From positions 8,680,001-8,744,000 of the forward strand of contig CM120640.1 in the NCBI GenBank assembly GCA_051362555.1: 64,000 nucleotides of DNA. The letters are read 5' to 3'. The stretch comes from Lingula anatina (taxonomy: Eukaryota; Animalia; Brachiopoda). Shown here piece after piece: positions 1 through 13,200 of the stretch. The position numbers and the translations under genes are program-made. The notes beneath the pieces are model-generated. The model saw only the letters and a list, made by a program, of their open reading frames with translations, was not told the origin of the DNA and ran no database searches. The first letter of the stretch is position 1. Each line of letters starts with the position of its first letter.

Positions 1-1431
1 TCTACTGCTTTAAATTACTCTCCCTTTCCTGAATAGTATAATGTAAGTGAGAGGTCACTGTGGTGAGAAAATCCCTATCCAGTATGTATCCTTCATCTAA
101 TCTTACTTGTATTAATGATTACTCTAAGCATTATCATATTCACTGCCAATCTCCTCCCCAGATTAACACCATAGAACACACCTCATCATAGCTATTAAAG
201 ATGTTTAATGCTGATGGAGGGCACATATTAATAGTAGCACCATCTAAAAGAACAGCAACTCAAAACATCATAAGGACCTAGTGTGTGCGTCACATGTAGC
301 TTAGATAGGCCATAATACTCCCCATAGCAAACAGCAAAATGTGCAATTTCTTCACTGCAGCAGAGAAGTGAAGAAAATAGATCATAAATGATAGTTTTGG
401 CATTTTATACACGCATGCTATAAAAATTATTTGCACAGATATATGTTATGGTATATGCATAATGGGTCCTTACTGTGAGTATTGAATGGTATTTTGATGT
501 GTCACAATAATTTTATCCAATACATAGGCAAAATTCAAATTCAGCATTTCCTTGAAATTTCTCAACACCTGGCCTCTTTTTGAATGGGATCTAATTGCTG
601 GTCTTTTTGATCAAACCAACCTCATAGGTAGTGTAACTTCCCAAGCCATCATTGTACATTGTCAAGTCTAGTCGTGTGAATTATGCATTTACGCAAAAAC
701 ACTGCAAATTTGTTTGAAATTTAAATACCATGCAGTAGATGTTATACACAGTACAATGCACTGTATATGAAATTCTCATACGCTGTCCATAAACAAAAAC
801 ACAAAATTCTTGTTATATACCAAGTACTTACTATATTCTAGTCCATATGTGGAAAAAGAGTCAGTCTGATTTATACAACTTGATTCAGCAAGAACATAAA
901 TTTTTCTCAGTTCATAAGTTTAAGTCTAACAAAGAGTCAAAAAATTGGCCCATCGGCTCAGTCCTGTACTATCACCTACCTACTCCTCCTCCCTGCAGCT
1001 GCCCGCTATCATAACCTGATCACTGGCAGCACCTGACCATAAGTGAGTTGTCCAAAATATCCAACTGACCTCAAGGTATAACCCTTGTCCCCATGACCCC
1101 TCATTAAAGTCCACTGACACATTAGCAAGCAGTGTGAGTCAAATGATTACCCAGGGCATTACCTAATACATGACCTGTGTGAACCTGCCACATGGGATTT
1201 TATGACTTTTGATATTTGACCTCAGTGGGGATAAAAGGGGAGGTTCCACACATAGACATACTATCTCATGAAAGAGAGAAAGGTCATATTCCGAACAATA
1301 AAATTCCAGTGAATTTAAATGGCATACTTAATGGCCAGCATGAAGATGAAATGAAAAATTATATGGCAAATTCAACTGGATGTGACCCAAAGGCCCTTGC
1401 ACTTCACTAAAAATAACATTGTTTGACACCT

Positions 1432-1519
1432 TCAATGGGCAAAGCAAAATACATTAATTCTAAATCAAGTACAAGTCAATGGGCAAAGCAAAATACATTA
1501 ATTCTAAATCAAGTACAAG
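1432..1519. repeat. Perfect 44-bp tandem duplication
   Basis: TCAATGGGCAAAGCAAAATACATTAATTCTAAATCAAGTACAAG occurs twice, at 1432-1475 and 1476-1519. Confidence 0.9.
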
Positions 1520-2991
1520 ACAAATGTACATTTAGATCATTTGCTATTTCAGGCAGTTTATTTATACAAATTACTTATAATGAACAAAATATATTCTGTC
1601 ACAAAATTCTTATCCTGACACAAATAAACATAATCATTAAGATGATTATAATGGTAATTGCAACCATTATTACATTTCTAGACTTTTCAAAATAAAAACA
1701 AGAAACAAACCGATAATTACACATGCATGTATATTCAATAGCTAGGAATTCAACCTCTGTTCACAATGCCTCTGATACCATCTAAAATCAATACAATGAG
1801 ATGTCAACCTTGTTTTTTTCACTGTGAGACATTTGTATCATCATATTACACTCGCTTGCCAACGCAGTCATAATGAACATCTATATTCCAGTCTATGTGG
1901 ACACAACCATACTTTAAATCTTGTAAAAAAAAATGACATTAAATTTTTGTGTTAAGAATGAGAAATAGTTAAGATTTTTTCACTCTTATTCAGTTTAAGA
2001 AAATCATTAAGCAAGATGTAGATAATGTACCATACACAAATAATATACTGATTCATTTTATTTCTCTGACAAAATAAAGGATGCTTAGAAAAAAAAAACA
2101 TTTCTGCCAAATCCCTGCACATCTTGCACACTGGTAATATGGTAACCTTTCCTAAAATGCACAACAATTTTATCCCCAAAACTAATTCCATAATTTACAG
2201 ATGCTTTGTATTTAATACTTTCTACTTTTACTTTTCACAGTGTTCCTGTTTCATTAAACGAAAAATTTACAGTATGATATATATAAAACATAAAAAAAAC
2301 AACTTAAGTGGTATTTCTTTTCATAAAAATATGTATCCTCTTTAACAAAAAAATATGTATCCTCTTTAACAAAAGTAACTTAACTACGTTTTGACAGAAA
2401 ACAACATATGTCTTTAATCTATCTTAACCCAGAGATATAGTTGACAAATAAAAATATCAGTAGAGTCTTATTTAAATGTTATATATATATATATACTGTA
2501 CATTACCTCACTGAAGTTCCTTGAAACTCTACGTGGAACTGTCTTGAAGCTCAACCATGCCAACTAAATTAAACCGTCAGTATGTGCACAATTAAATATT
2601 GGTCACAAGTTAAAATTAATTTACCTGTTATTTTAGCTCGCAACACACCTGTGGCTGCTTCTATAGAGTCGCAATATTGAATGTCCACAGCTAGTAGAGC
2701 AGACTATACCATTTCTTTCAGAGGGGGGATAGATAAATATACAGTGCGATAAAGTATTTCTTTACTCTTTCAGCCTTTCAGTGACTCCACACTTAAACCA
2801 GCACAAACATGTTTATTTTAGATATGGCTTGGATTTTGCCCCGGTACTTTAAACCCAAGTTCCATAGACTAAAACAATGAACCCCTGCTGCATGACATCA
2901 CCCCCTAGCGCCCATGTCAAAGTCTGCCTAGTTAAACAGCTAATTATGTCAATTTCTGTACCTAGGCCTTTTTAGTGGCCAGACATGCCTA

Positions 2992-3093
2992 AGTTCACCA
3001 GCTGGTCATGAGGTGAAGTCAAGGGCACACAGAAGAGTTCACCAGGCCATGCTATTGAATGTATGGGGAAAACAAGAGGTCATTGCTTGGTCA
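2992..3093 (+). promoter_or_regulatory. Putative nuclear-receptor (RARE-like DR5/DR2) response-element cluster
   Basis: AGTTCA-ccagc-TGGTCA (DR5), TGGTCA-tg-AGGTGA (DR2), AGGTGA-agtca-AGGGCA (DR5), AGTTCA-cc-AGGCCA (DR2) and AGGTCA-ttgct-TGGTCA (DR5) within ~100 bp. Motif match only; function inferred. Confidence 0.4.
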
Positions 3094-4258
3094 ACTCTTA
3101 ATGATGGGAGAGGCAAATAAATAAAATGATGTAATAAACACATTACTTACAGCCTCTATTAAATGGATGAATTGATCAAAAATTGTGTGGGGGTGGAATG
3201 ATGAGATATCATTAGTGATACAAATGCGCATGTCAAGCAGATTGAGAAATGCAAATTAATTAACACCTCACATTGTCAAGCAAAGTTGATCATTTTGGAT
3301 TAGACTAAAACTTGTCATGCCATGCAAAATAATTAGGTGAGATTTGTGTATAAAATATTTTCAAATAAAAAATACTGATTGAGGAAATGTATTCCATGTG
3401 AGTGAACCTAACATCTAGCGTAAAACTAAAAAAAAAAAAAAAAGGAAGGAGACTAAGAGTTCATCTGATGGTCATATTTACAAATCAGACATAATCACAC
3501 ATACCAAGCAGTTGCTGAGTCATTTTTTCTGCAAATAGTTTTTCACATAAAATTTTCACTAGATTTTACAACATGAAAAATAGCAGATCAATTTTCTTCA
3601 AAAAAAAAAAAGGATAATGTATGTTGGAATTTACACAGTAACCCAGACATTTCTTCAACCTTATAGGAATACAATATTGACAAAAGAAGAAAACAAACTG
3701 TGGAAGAGAAGCTAAACATGGGATCAAACTCCAGTGCTTTTTTTATGTGGCTGGCAGGAATGATTGATTATTTTGGTCTCACTCAAGTTGAGAGTAACTG
3801 TTTCGTGAAATTTATTCAACCTCTAAGCAAGTAGCATAAGGTCAGGTTATTTCCTGGCAATTGTTTTCAGAAAATTAGAGTGCACCTATTGTTTGGCTGG
3901 GAGAATGGGGAAAATATGGAAATTCAAGGTGACATCTGCACAAAGAATACCTGCAAAACATAGCGTATAAACTACTTAGTAAAGGTTCAAACATTTCCTG
4001 GTGTGCAGTCCAATAAATGGACAAGAAAAAGAAGGGAAAAGACATAAAGAAAAAAAAAAATACACACAAGTTTTTTTTTAACAACATAGGTTCCCTATCA
4101 ACTACTAAACCATTTAACTTTGCCATATTTAAGTGGTTAATAACTGATATTCTGGTTATCAGGTTAACACTTTATTTAACCAGAAAAGTGCAAAGTGTCA
4201 TTTCTTTAGACAACTTGTCACAAAATTAAAAGTGGATAAAAGAGATAGAAACGATAAT

Positions 4259-4260
<2 letters not shown>

Positions 4261-4296
<36 letters not shown>
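4261..4296. repeat. (AAT)12 microsatellite
   Basis: Read directly from the sequence. Confidence 0.95.
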
Positions 4297-4297
<1 letters not shown>

Positions 4298-4900
4298 CTT
4301 TTAAGATTAAGTTGTTTTGTAATTGATTATTATTAAAATAAAGATTCAGTTCCTTCATTTTTGGATTTTTGGACTCAATAAGTCAATGGTTTGAAAATTT
4401 TATCTGGTTAATAATTTGAGCAAAATATCAAAGTATGACATAAATTTCAGCGGAGCTTACTGAAAAATAGCTGCAGTGATTTTTGTCAGGGAAAGTGGAG
4501 GTCTACAATTTTTTTTATATCTACAGGGTAATGAACAAATAAATATCCAATACAAGATGAAGGATGTAGTCAGAGGATGAAAAATGATGCCAGAATCTAG
4601 AATCAAACAACCATCATCCCTGCACTTCCTTCAGACCATTTTCCTGTGTAATCTGGGGAAATTCCAGATGAGGCTGCCTGAAACCTACATCAGTAATGGC
4701 CATTTTGATTAATGTCTTATAGCTGATTTTCTACCAATTCTTTAATTTTATCTTCGAAACTTGTGACCCTTTATGAATTGAAATCAGACTAAATGTTTTA
4801 CATAGGTATTATTATTATAATTACTATTTTCTTCTTTTAAAATAGCACAACTGCAAAAGTGGTGTTTACTGAATTCAATGGTTTTCTTTAAAACCTTACT

Positions 4901-4920
4901 GGGGGGGGGGGGGGGGGGGG
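4901..4920. repeat. Poly-G tract (20 nt)
   Basis: Read directly from the sequence. Confidence 0.9.
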
Positions 4921-6754
4921 AGTTTATGAAAAGAATATTGTATTTTACATCAGTCAAAACACATGCATGAAATAAAAAAGAAAAGGAAATTTAAAGGTAA
5001 AATTTTAAAACCAGGAATTATGAAAGTAGCTAAAGTCTGTGTTTACCGCTGGAACTTACGGTCAGGTCACATATACTGTAAGGCTGCTGGGGCAGCTGAG
5101 GTGAGAGGGAAGCAGGTCAATATGAGGCCACGTAGGAATCGAACAAATAAGGTCAAAGTGATTTTTTCTGTTCTAAAGGTCATTACCGATAACTTAATGT
5201 GAAAACATTCGCAGAGAGCTGTTAGAATAATTCATCATTTCCCTGACGACAATCCTTGTCCTGAATTTGACCTCGGTTTCTTTATAAACTAAAAATGATA
5301 TATTCATAGCACCAATGCACAACGTTAAAAAAGTAATATGTACCTAAAACAAAACATTTAAAAAAGAATTGTACATTTTGCAAGTCTATAGAGAATAAAA
5401 TTGCCTACACAAAAAATAATTCTTCAACCAAAGGAACCAAGGTAATTCATTGCTAGATTTATCAAAATAAGAAGAAACGAAATACCTCTTTATTATGTTT
5501 TAATCAGTTATACTAAGTATTCATTCATGAAATTTCAGCCCCAAACTATCAGAAATAAGTGCCAAATTTCAAAGAATAAAATTTGATATAAAAGGATGTA
5601 ACTTGACAACATTTCACTTGGTATGTTGTCTGACTGATATATGATTTATGAGAAAACAATGTCGAAAGCGACCCAAGGGGAAACCTCAGATGGTAACGAT
5701 ATGATCGAAATACTCTGATTTCATTCTGCTATGGATTTCTGTGACCTGACTTATCTGGTCAAATTCTGCAATGCTTATCATAATTTACAGCTCATCTATA
5801 AAATGGAGATTTTGTTTATTAGAAGACAAGGCTATAAATACCTTTTGTTAAAAATAAGTATATTTGGCTTTTTATCCAAGGCCATGTTCCTAAACTTATA
5901 ACATCTATGAATGGAGCAACTTTATAATTATACTTAAAAAAGAAATATCCATAATGAAGATGAATTAAGCTCAAAGGATTTTGATATTTGCCTTTGATAT
6001 AAGTTGGACATAGATTTAAAACATTTGTGGTAAGCAACTTATTTGTTTTGTTTTTTTCAATTGCTAAATTTGGTTTGAGCTGAAATGGATATTAAAACCC
6101 AATATAATTTTTCATTTTTTTAGAATAATGGCAAGTTTTTTTTTTTTAGTTTCTGGGTATCAATGCCATGTCAAAACGTTGAAGAAAGATGAAGGATTCA
6201 TTATATTTTGTTGACAAGCCAAATTAAACGAGACTGAAAAAAAACTTTTAAAAAAATAGGCACGCAGCAAAAAAAAAAACTCAAAAATGCTATTTCTGAA
6301 ACTGAGCTGTATTCAAGTCTTATGGATGGCCACAGCAACTTGAAAGAGATAATTTAGCTTATCTGGTGAACAGGGTTTATCTCAGCAAAACTCCTGTTAA
6401 TAATGACAATGTAAGAAACCTTTCAAAATAAGGTAATCAGATTTATGTTTTTAGATGATCTGAAAAAAAAATGGGGTTAGCTTTACATGCCTAGCAGGCA
6501 ACATCAAAAAAACAAACTCTGGTAATGGTTTTATATTCACACATATAAAAGAAGTGTTTATAATTTTTTAATGGTTAATTTGCTTTTTTTTCCAACACTT
6601 TATTGTAGCATACTACATACAGACAAAGTAATAATGGGCATTCAATTTCATCAAAGTACAATTCTTAGAAAAGTTAAATAAGCTTATTCTGAGAATTTGG
6701 AATTAAGTTTCTTACTCATCCTTAATACACCCTTTCACTAATAAGGCCAAAAAG

Positions 6755-8263
6755 AACAAGGCAGCAAAGCTGTCAAATGTACAGACAAAAAGCAGGAAAT
6801 AACTATGCACAAAATAGGCTACTGTCAATTCTGATGCAAAAGTACATTATGTTAAACTGTAAATTCAACATCAAATTTTAATTATGCTCAACAGGTAATA
6901 CCAATGAAAGTAAAATGTGTAACAAGCATAAGGCTTCAGGCCCATGAGAGTTCAAGTTCACACTTTGAAAATGTATAACTTCCAGAAAAAGAAGCCAATT
7001 AGACTGCTTTTCCAACTCAGGCTGCATGTCGATTTTCGAACTTGACCTCCATTTTAGTAAGATCGATTACTCCTGAGAGTTTCATGACAACAGGCCTATC
7101 GGTTTTCCTTGAAATGTGTTTACAGTGTTGCATATATGTTGAAAAGTGAAAGAAAAAAGCATAACTTCTACAATAATGGCCTGATCATCCTGATTTTCGA
7201 ACTTGACCTGCGTTTTATGAACATTCATCAGCTCTTTAAATATAAAGCCCAAAAGTAAAACTGCCTTCCACTTATCGTGTTTACAATGAAAGTGCAAGGT
7301 GCTGGCAACGGTGATGACGGCGACGACAGAGGCAGGTGATGGCAATATGTACAGACACATCTGTACATATTTACTGTACTGTTTGAGAACAGTAAGTGAC
7401 ATGGTTTTTCTTAAATGGTCATCATGGGAGCAGTGCCCAAAATAGGTTTTTTTCAAATTTTGATGCAATATTACATAATGTTTAACAGCATGATGACCAT
7501 CAATTTTTAATAATAAAATATTAGTATCATGGATATTCAGAAAATGTGACTAGCAAAGGTCTTCAGGCCCATGGAACTTCAAAGTCACAACTTGAAAATG
7601 CCAAAATGTAAACAAGACAGCACTGTTCTGAAATGTTTTTTTTTTTTCCATTTTTAACAATTTTTAACATAAAACAAAATTAACAGTTTACTGTCATTTT
7701 TATATTATCAACTAAGAAAATTGATGAGATGGGAAAAATATCAACAGAGCAGTGTTAAATGTCCAATTTCTTCCATTCTGAGATTCTGAACATAGTGAAT
7801 GATTGAATCTGACAAACTGCAATGATATGAGTTTATTTCCATTTTTGAAACTTTATTACACAATACACGATAACAAGTTTACCATCATTTTTACAAAATC
7901 AACTAACAATGTTGTAAAGATGCAGGAAATGTCAAACAAACACTTTTACGTATCTTATTAGTTTAATAATGAGACTGTTAACATGCCTAAGAATTGAATC
8001 TGAGGAAATGTGAAAAATATGCTGAAAAGTGAAAAAACAGCATAACTTCTACAATAATGGCCCGATCATGCTGATTTTCGAACTTGACCTGCATTTTATG
8101 AATATTCATCAGCTCTGTAAATATAAAGCCAAAAAGTAAAACTGCCCTCCACTTATCGTGTTTACAAGGAAAGTGCACGGCGCCAGCATCGGCATCGCCA
8201 TCGGCGACGACAGACGCAGGTGATGGCAATATGTACAGACACATCTGTGTCTGTACATAAAAA
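6755..8263 (-). mobile_element. Degenerate non-autonomous Helentron/HINE (DINE-1-like) element, internally duplicated
   Basis: Minus-strand 5' end: T-run, palindrome ATGTACAGACAC-AGAT-GTGTCTGTACAT, then a GTC/GCC-rich microsatellite-like tract. The ~220-bp core occurs twice (~7150-7370 and ~8040-8260), with a fragment near 7030. The 3' end at 6755-6790 has subTIR TGTCTGTACAT, hairpin GACAGC-TTT-GCTGCC and terminal CTTGTT. Confidence 0.6.
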
Positions 8264-8359
8264 AGGAAAATATATATCTTTCTAGTTGCCAAGAGCTTGA
8301 AACCTTGCCAACTTTTTTTTTTTTTTTTTTTGGTTTTTGGTTTTTGGTCAGCATTTGGA

Positions 8360-8361
<2 letters not shown>

Positions 8362-8412
<51 letters not shown>
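8362..8412. repeat. (GT)n microsatellite
   Basis: About 25 GT units, read directly. Confidence 0.95.
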
Positions 8413-8414
<2 letters not shown>

Positions 8415-9067
8415 AGGGGGGGGGGGATCTTTTGGGCAAAGTTGGCAAGATGGTGTCAGAACCAGCAGTGCAGCACAGGAATTAAAAAACCTTTATGTTG
8501 ACTGTATTTTTTGCACTCAAGTAATAAAGTAAAATTCAGGAATTTCACCATGACACATGTGCCCTTGGTGGCCCACTACCCCTGTAGTGTTTATGCATGT
8601 TAGTAGAAGGTAGTTGACAGTTTCATTGGACACCAGGCCATATGATATAAATATAACTAAATGAACAATTTTTATCATCCACTTGTGTTAATATATAGTA
8701 CATGCACACATTTGAAGTATACAGCTACATGTATTGATCTCTGTAGTTAACAGTACGCATATAACAGCCCCCTTAATTGTCAGTGAGTAATCATTACTAT
8801 TAACTTAATACCCATCTCTCATCCACCTTCATCCTCAAAAAAATTTTTTTCCACAAATTTTAACTGAGCAAAAGTTGAAATAATTAACTACTTCGCATAG
8901 CATTCAAGGCATGTTACATGAATTGTGGGGATCTAGACTGAGTGTTTATTAGAAAAAAAGGAAACATAAAACATGCACTGTCACTTACACCACCTTTAAA
9001 TTTTTTTCTGACAAGACAATAATTTTTTGCCGTATAAGAATGTTGTTGTGTTTTTACTTCTATTTCC

Positions 9068-9182
9068 ATTTTTTACACCATGACAACATATATACTAACA
9101 AATTTTTATTTTTTACACCATGACAACATATATAATTAACACATTTTTTACACCATGACAACAAACTAACATTTTCTACACT
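9068..9182. repeat. Degenerate tandem repeat (TTTTTACACCATGACAACA core, 3-4 copies)
   Basis: Core repeated at ~9070, ~9110 and ~9145; related to the 30-bp repeat at 9925-10197. Confidence 0.7.
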
Positions 9183-9924
9183 GAAATAGCTGGCCTTCAC
9201 ACATTTTGTGGCAGCATATATCTTCACTAAAACAGCACAAGCTTAATTTCTACATCAAGTCAACATGTTAACAGGTTTTCTAGAATATGATGGTAAAATG
9301 ACGTTCAAGAATGACAGCACATATACAGTGACAATTTTATGCCAGGACACTTTTTTAAGTTCCATATATGAAGTCAATCTTTGCCACTTAACCTGACCAA
9401 ATGCCACCATAAACTTTCAAATAGCATAATTTAAAGGTACATGCCATGAGATTTACCCATCAAAATAGGCTTTCCTGGAAAAGAGACAATTTTTTGTACT
9501 TGCTAATCATTTGTCTATCCCTCTCTGCATTTGAATTCAGCCTTTGATAAAAAATTATAAAATAAAGTATAATTTAAGCTTAAAATGACCGGCCAGTTAT
9601 TATAACAGCAACCATATTTCTATAAGCTCCAATGGAAACATCAACATCCGGTATGCTCCAGAAAAAATATTTCAGTGGTTAAATCAATTTAAGGTATACA
9701 TAAGGTTTTATAAGAAGCTGCAGATGGCAAAAGTAAGCATTTTGGAGATTTTCAAACCCAGGTTTCAACCAAAATTTTGAAGAAGGTAAGGTTTTAAAGC
9801 TTTTGGAAATTTATCCTTTAGCAAGTGGACTTTATTTGAGTCCTTTAAGAAACTAGTAGTAGTATGTGATTTATATATATGTTACAGGGAATCAAATTGC
9901 TACAAATGTAAGTTTAACTAGAAT

Positions 9925-10197
9925 GTTGTCTACAATATGACATTTGAGATTTTTATGCCAGAATGAATGTTGTCTACAATATGACATTTGATATTTTTAT
10001 GCCAGGGCTGCATTCTGGCATGTTTTCTACAAGAGAACTGTTTACTGACATTTTCTTCATAAATACAGTTTACAGACAAATTTTCAACACCAAGACAAAT
10101 TGCAATTATGTTTTCTACACCAAGACAGTTTACTGACATGTTTTCTACTCTAGGACAGTTTACAGACATGTTTTCTACACCATGATCGTTTACAGTC
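9925..10197. repeat. Degenerate ~30-bp minisatellite just downstream of the amylase stop codon
   Basis: Units such as GTTTTCTACACCAAGACAGTTTACTGACAT and GTTTTCTACTCTAGGACAGTTTACAGACAT, period ~30 bp. Confidence 0.75.
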
Positions 10198-10241
10198 TAG
10201 TTCTATGGTCCCATTGGCTGTGCTGCCTGTGTCAGCTCAGG

Positions 10242-13200
10242 TCACTCCAGAGATAGCAGGTGGAGAAGCAAAATGCATACAAATACCAGTTTCCAGGTCA
10301 CACCTTCATAAGGAAAGATTAAGTAGATTACGATGAATACTTTTTTAGTATATATGATTGTAGTGAATGGATTTGGAATGTCTTTTACTTCTTTGTGTGT
10401 AAAATCAGTTAAATTAAACATCCACCATGCATGCAGAATTTCCGCTGGGTATTAGAATGAAATGAATGCATAATTTTCAACAGGGCCTTATTCTTCTATT
10501 GATATGTACTTCTAATGACCATCAATTTCAATCAAACAATTTTATAAGGCAGAGATATTATCAGTTTGATTAAATAACTTGGATTTGTTGTCCCTTTTCA
10601 CCTGATTATGCACACCTATTATATGTTGACTTGCCACAATATGTTGCTATGACTTCTTCAAATCTAAAATCTCTCTATCAATTGTCAAAATGAGTTCATC
10701 GTATACCTTATCAAATTAATATAGCATTGATTAAAATCTGACTTAGTTCATGGTGCCGATCTGCACCAATAATATAATCTTTACAGTTTAATTTGATTGT
10801 TCAATTATAAAAGAGCTAAGGGCTGTGTTGCATATCTGTTTGTGCAGTCCCTGACATCAAAATGGTTTTTCAAAGAATATAAAATCAGTACTCCATCATT
10901 TCATGAAAAGACCATTTGTATAGTCTAAAAAGTATTCAGCACTATTCCATCATTAAAAAAAAAAATAGGTCTTGATTGAAAAACGATTGAAATTTATATT
11001 TTTACATTACATATACCTGAGGACCTCTCTGCTTTTGAAGTTGGTGTCTGAACTGCAAGGAATACTTTGGGAAGTCCTCCCGTAAGTTTTAGTTTTAAAG
11101 TTCCGTTGTCCACAGTTACAGTGTCTGTTTCATCAAAAAAGTTTTTGTAGACTGTAAAAAAGGAAAATATTTCCAAAATTACTAGATTTCATGATAAAAC
11201 AAATAGAATGACAAACTTTTCATTAAGTCACCTTTAAGTTAATAAAACAATTAAAAATTATTTTTGAAAAGTCCATTATGAGAAAAACTTAAGTTAAATA
11301 TCCAAATATACAAGTAACTTACCTGTTTCAGCTTTCAGCACTGGTACTTGCACATTCCACTCCAGAGTACCTGAGGTATTGCCTCTGTTGGTTAAAACAA
11401 CTAGAAACTAGAAATGAAAAGAATTAAATTGAAAATATGTGGTTTATAAAATATGTGATTTAAATATTGATAAATTGGCATAATTTTTCATAAATTCTCT
11501 TTCAGTAATATTATTTGCAAGTTAAAAATGCATTTTGTATATATATTAAAATGACTGATACATCAGACTTCTTTTATCAAATTTTGTAAGTTAGTTATAA
11601 TTGCATCCCAAATTTCTTTTGTTATTTTGAATAATTTGTAATTAACATTACTAATTGTATATTTCTAGAATCTTTAAAAATAATGAACATACATACTACA
11701 TTTTTACCTGATTTTCCTTTCCCCTTGTGAAAACAAAAAAGTCATCATTTGCTGCCATCTCTCTCTGTCCACCAGAGACAAAATGTGATAGGTGAGACAG
11801 GCGCAATTTGGTCAATCCAGCAATAAACTGTTTCAAAGAAAAAAATGTATGATTATACAATATCAATTACCAATGAATAAAAATGAGGGCATAGTGAGTT
11901 CATTTCACATATATTTGGTTATTTTCTGATACTTTGGGCTTCATCTTATTCACAGGATTTTCTTTCATCATAGAACAAGGGTATTTTTTACTGAAACTAC
12001 TGAACTTGGTATATTGAATTTGGAATATTAAATTAAAGTACTAACCTTGTATATATCTGACTGAGTACTGTAATATGGCCACAGTGACTCCCGGTCATTT
12101 GGGTCATGCCCTCCACTGAAGCCTTGTTCAGTGCCATAATAAATTATAGGTATTCCCTATAAAAACATTGATAGATTTACAATGCATTAAGTGTCATTTT
12201 TTTCTGCATTTCATAAATTCCTTGTTAAAATTTAGAATTCAAATAATATTCAATTTAATTCATATTTAATTGTTGGGACAATGTACTTATGAATTCATAC
12301 TTTTTAAAAGAAATTTAGCCATACCTCACCGAGAATGACATAAGTCAGAGCATTTTTAAGTACGGTGTAATCACTTGTCCAGTTAAGAAATCGTCTCTGG
12401 TCATGATTATCAAGGAAAAGACCATGACGGGACAGCTCCTTGAAATATCTGCGCTAAAAAAGAAAACAAATTGACTGATGAGTGGCTGCTAGAAGTATAA
12501 TTTAACATTTTAAAAGACTCTTCAAAGATTAAGGACAGTATACATGTTTTGTGATACAAATTTTCTGACATTTCAAGGACATCTTAAAAATTAAGGAAAC
12601 ATTTTTTCATTAAAAAAATTCTGTAACTAATCTGTAACAAAACTGTGGAAGTAATTCAATAAGCACTTAACAATTTCCCTTATACTTCAAATTCAATCAC
12701 ACACATCTCAATGAGACACACCTGTTCTTGTATCTTTTTTGTGAGGTTCCTGATACTTTTATTTTCATTGAATACATCTCTCAGGGCATTATACATAGGA
12801 AAGTTGAGTAAACCATCTACAGAGTCCTGATAGCCTGCCACATACTGTGGGTCTGAACCAGTTGCTTCACCAATGCAGTATGCTCCTGCACGGGCCTGAA
12901 ACTCACTCCAGAACCATTTTGGTACCTTGAGAATGAGATATTAAAATATAAAAACCTTTATTTCCTGCAATACGACTTTTTGCTTGGTATTTATAAATAC
13001 AATTACTATTTACACAAGTTTGGAAAATTTTCCTCGCCATACTTAAGCTTGCAACCAATTTGATTGTAGGCCTTCATCTGATTTCTCCATCGACTCAAGT
13101 TAGCCACAAGCTAACATATATGGCTAGGAAAAACTTCCCAGCTTGTGCCAAATAGTAATTACTTGTAATAGGAACTTTTCTCTCACACATCTGTCAATTC

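Noticed and set aside
7082-8448. Two paralogous ORFs (128 and 153 aa) as a duplicated gene
   Set aside because: They coincide with duplicated HINE cores, and one runs through (GT)n and poly-T tracts; no recognisable domain.
10203-10244. Stop-codon readthrough or selenocysteine at the amylase UGA-C
   Set aside because: The context is not the strong UGA-CUAG motif, no SECIS was recognised, and the ~13-aa extension has no support.
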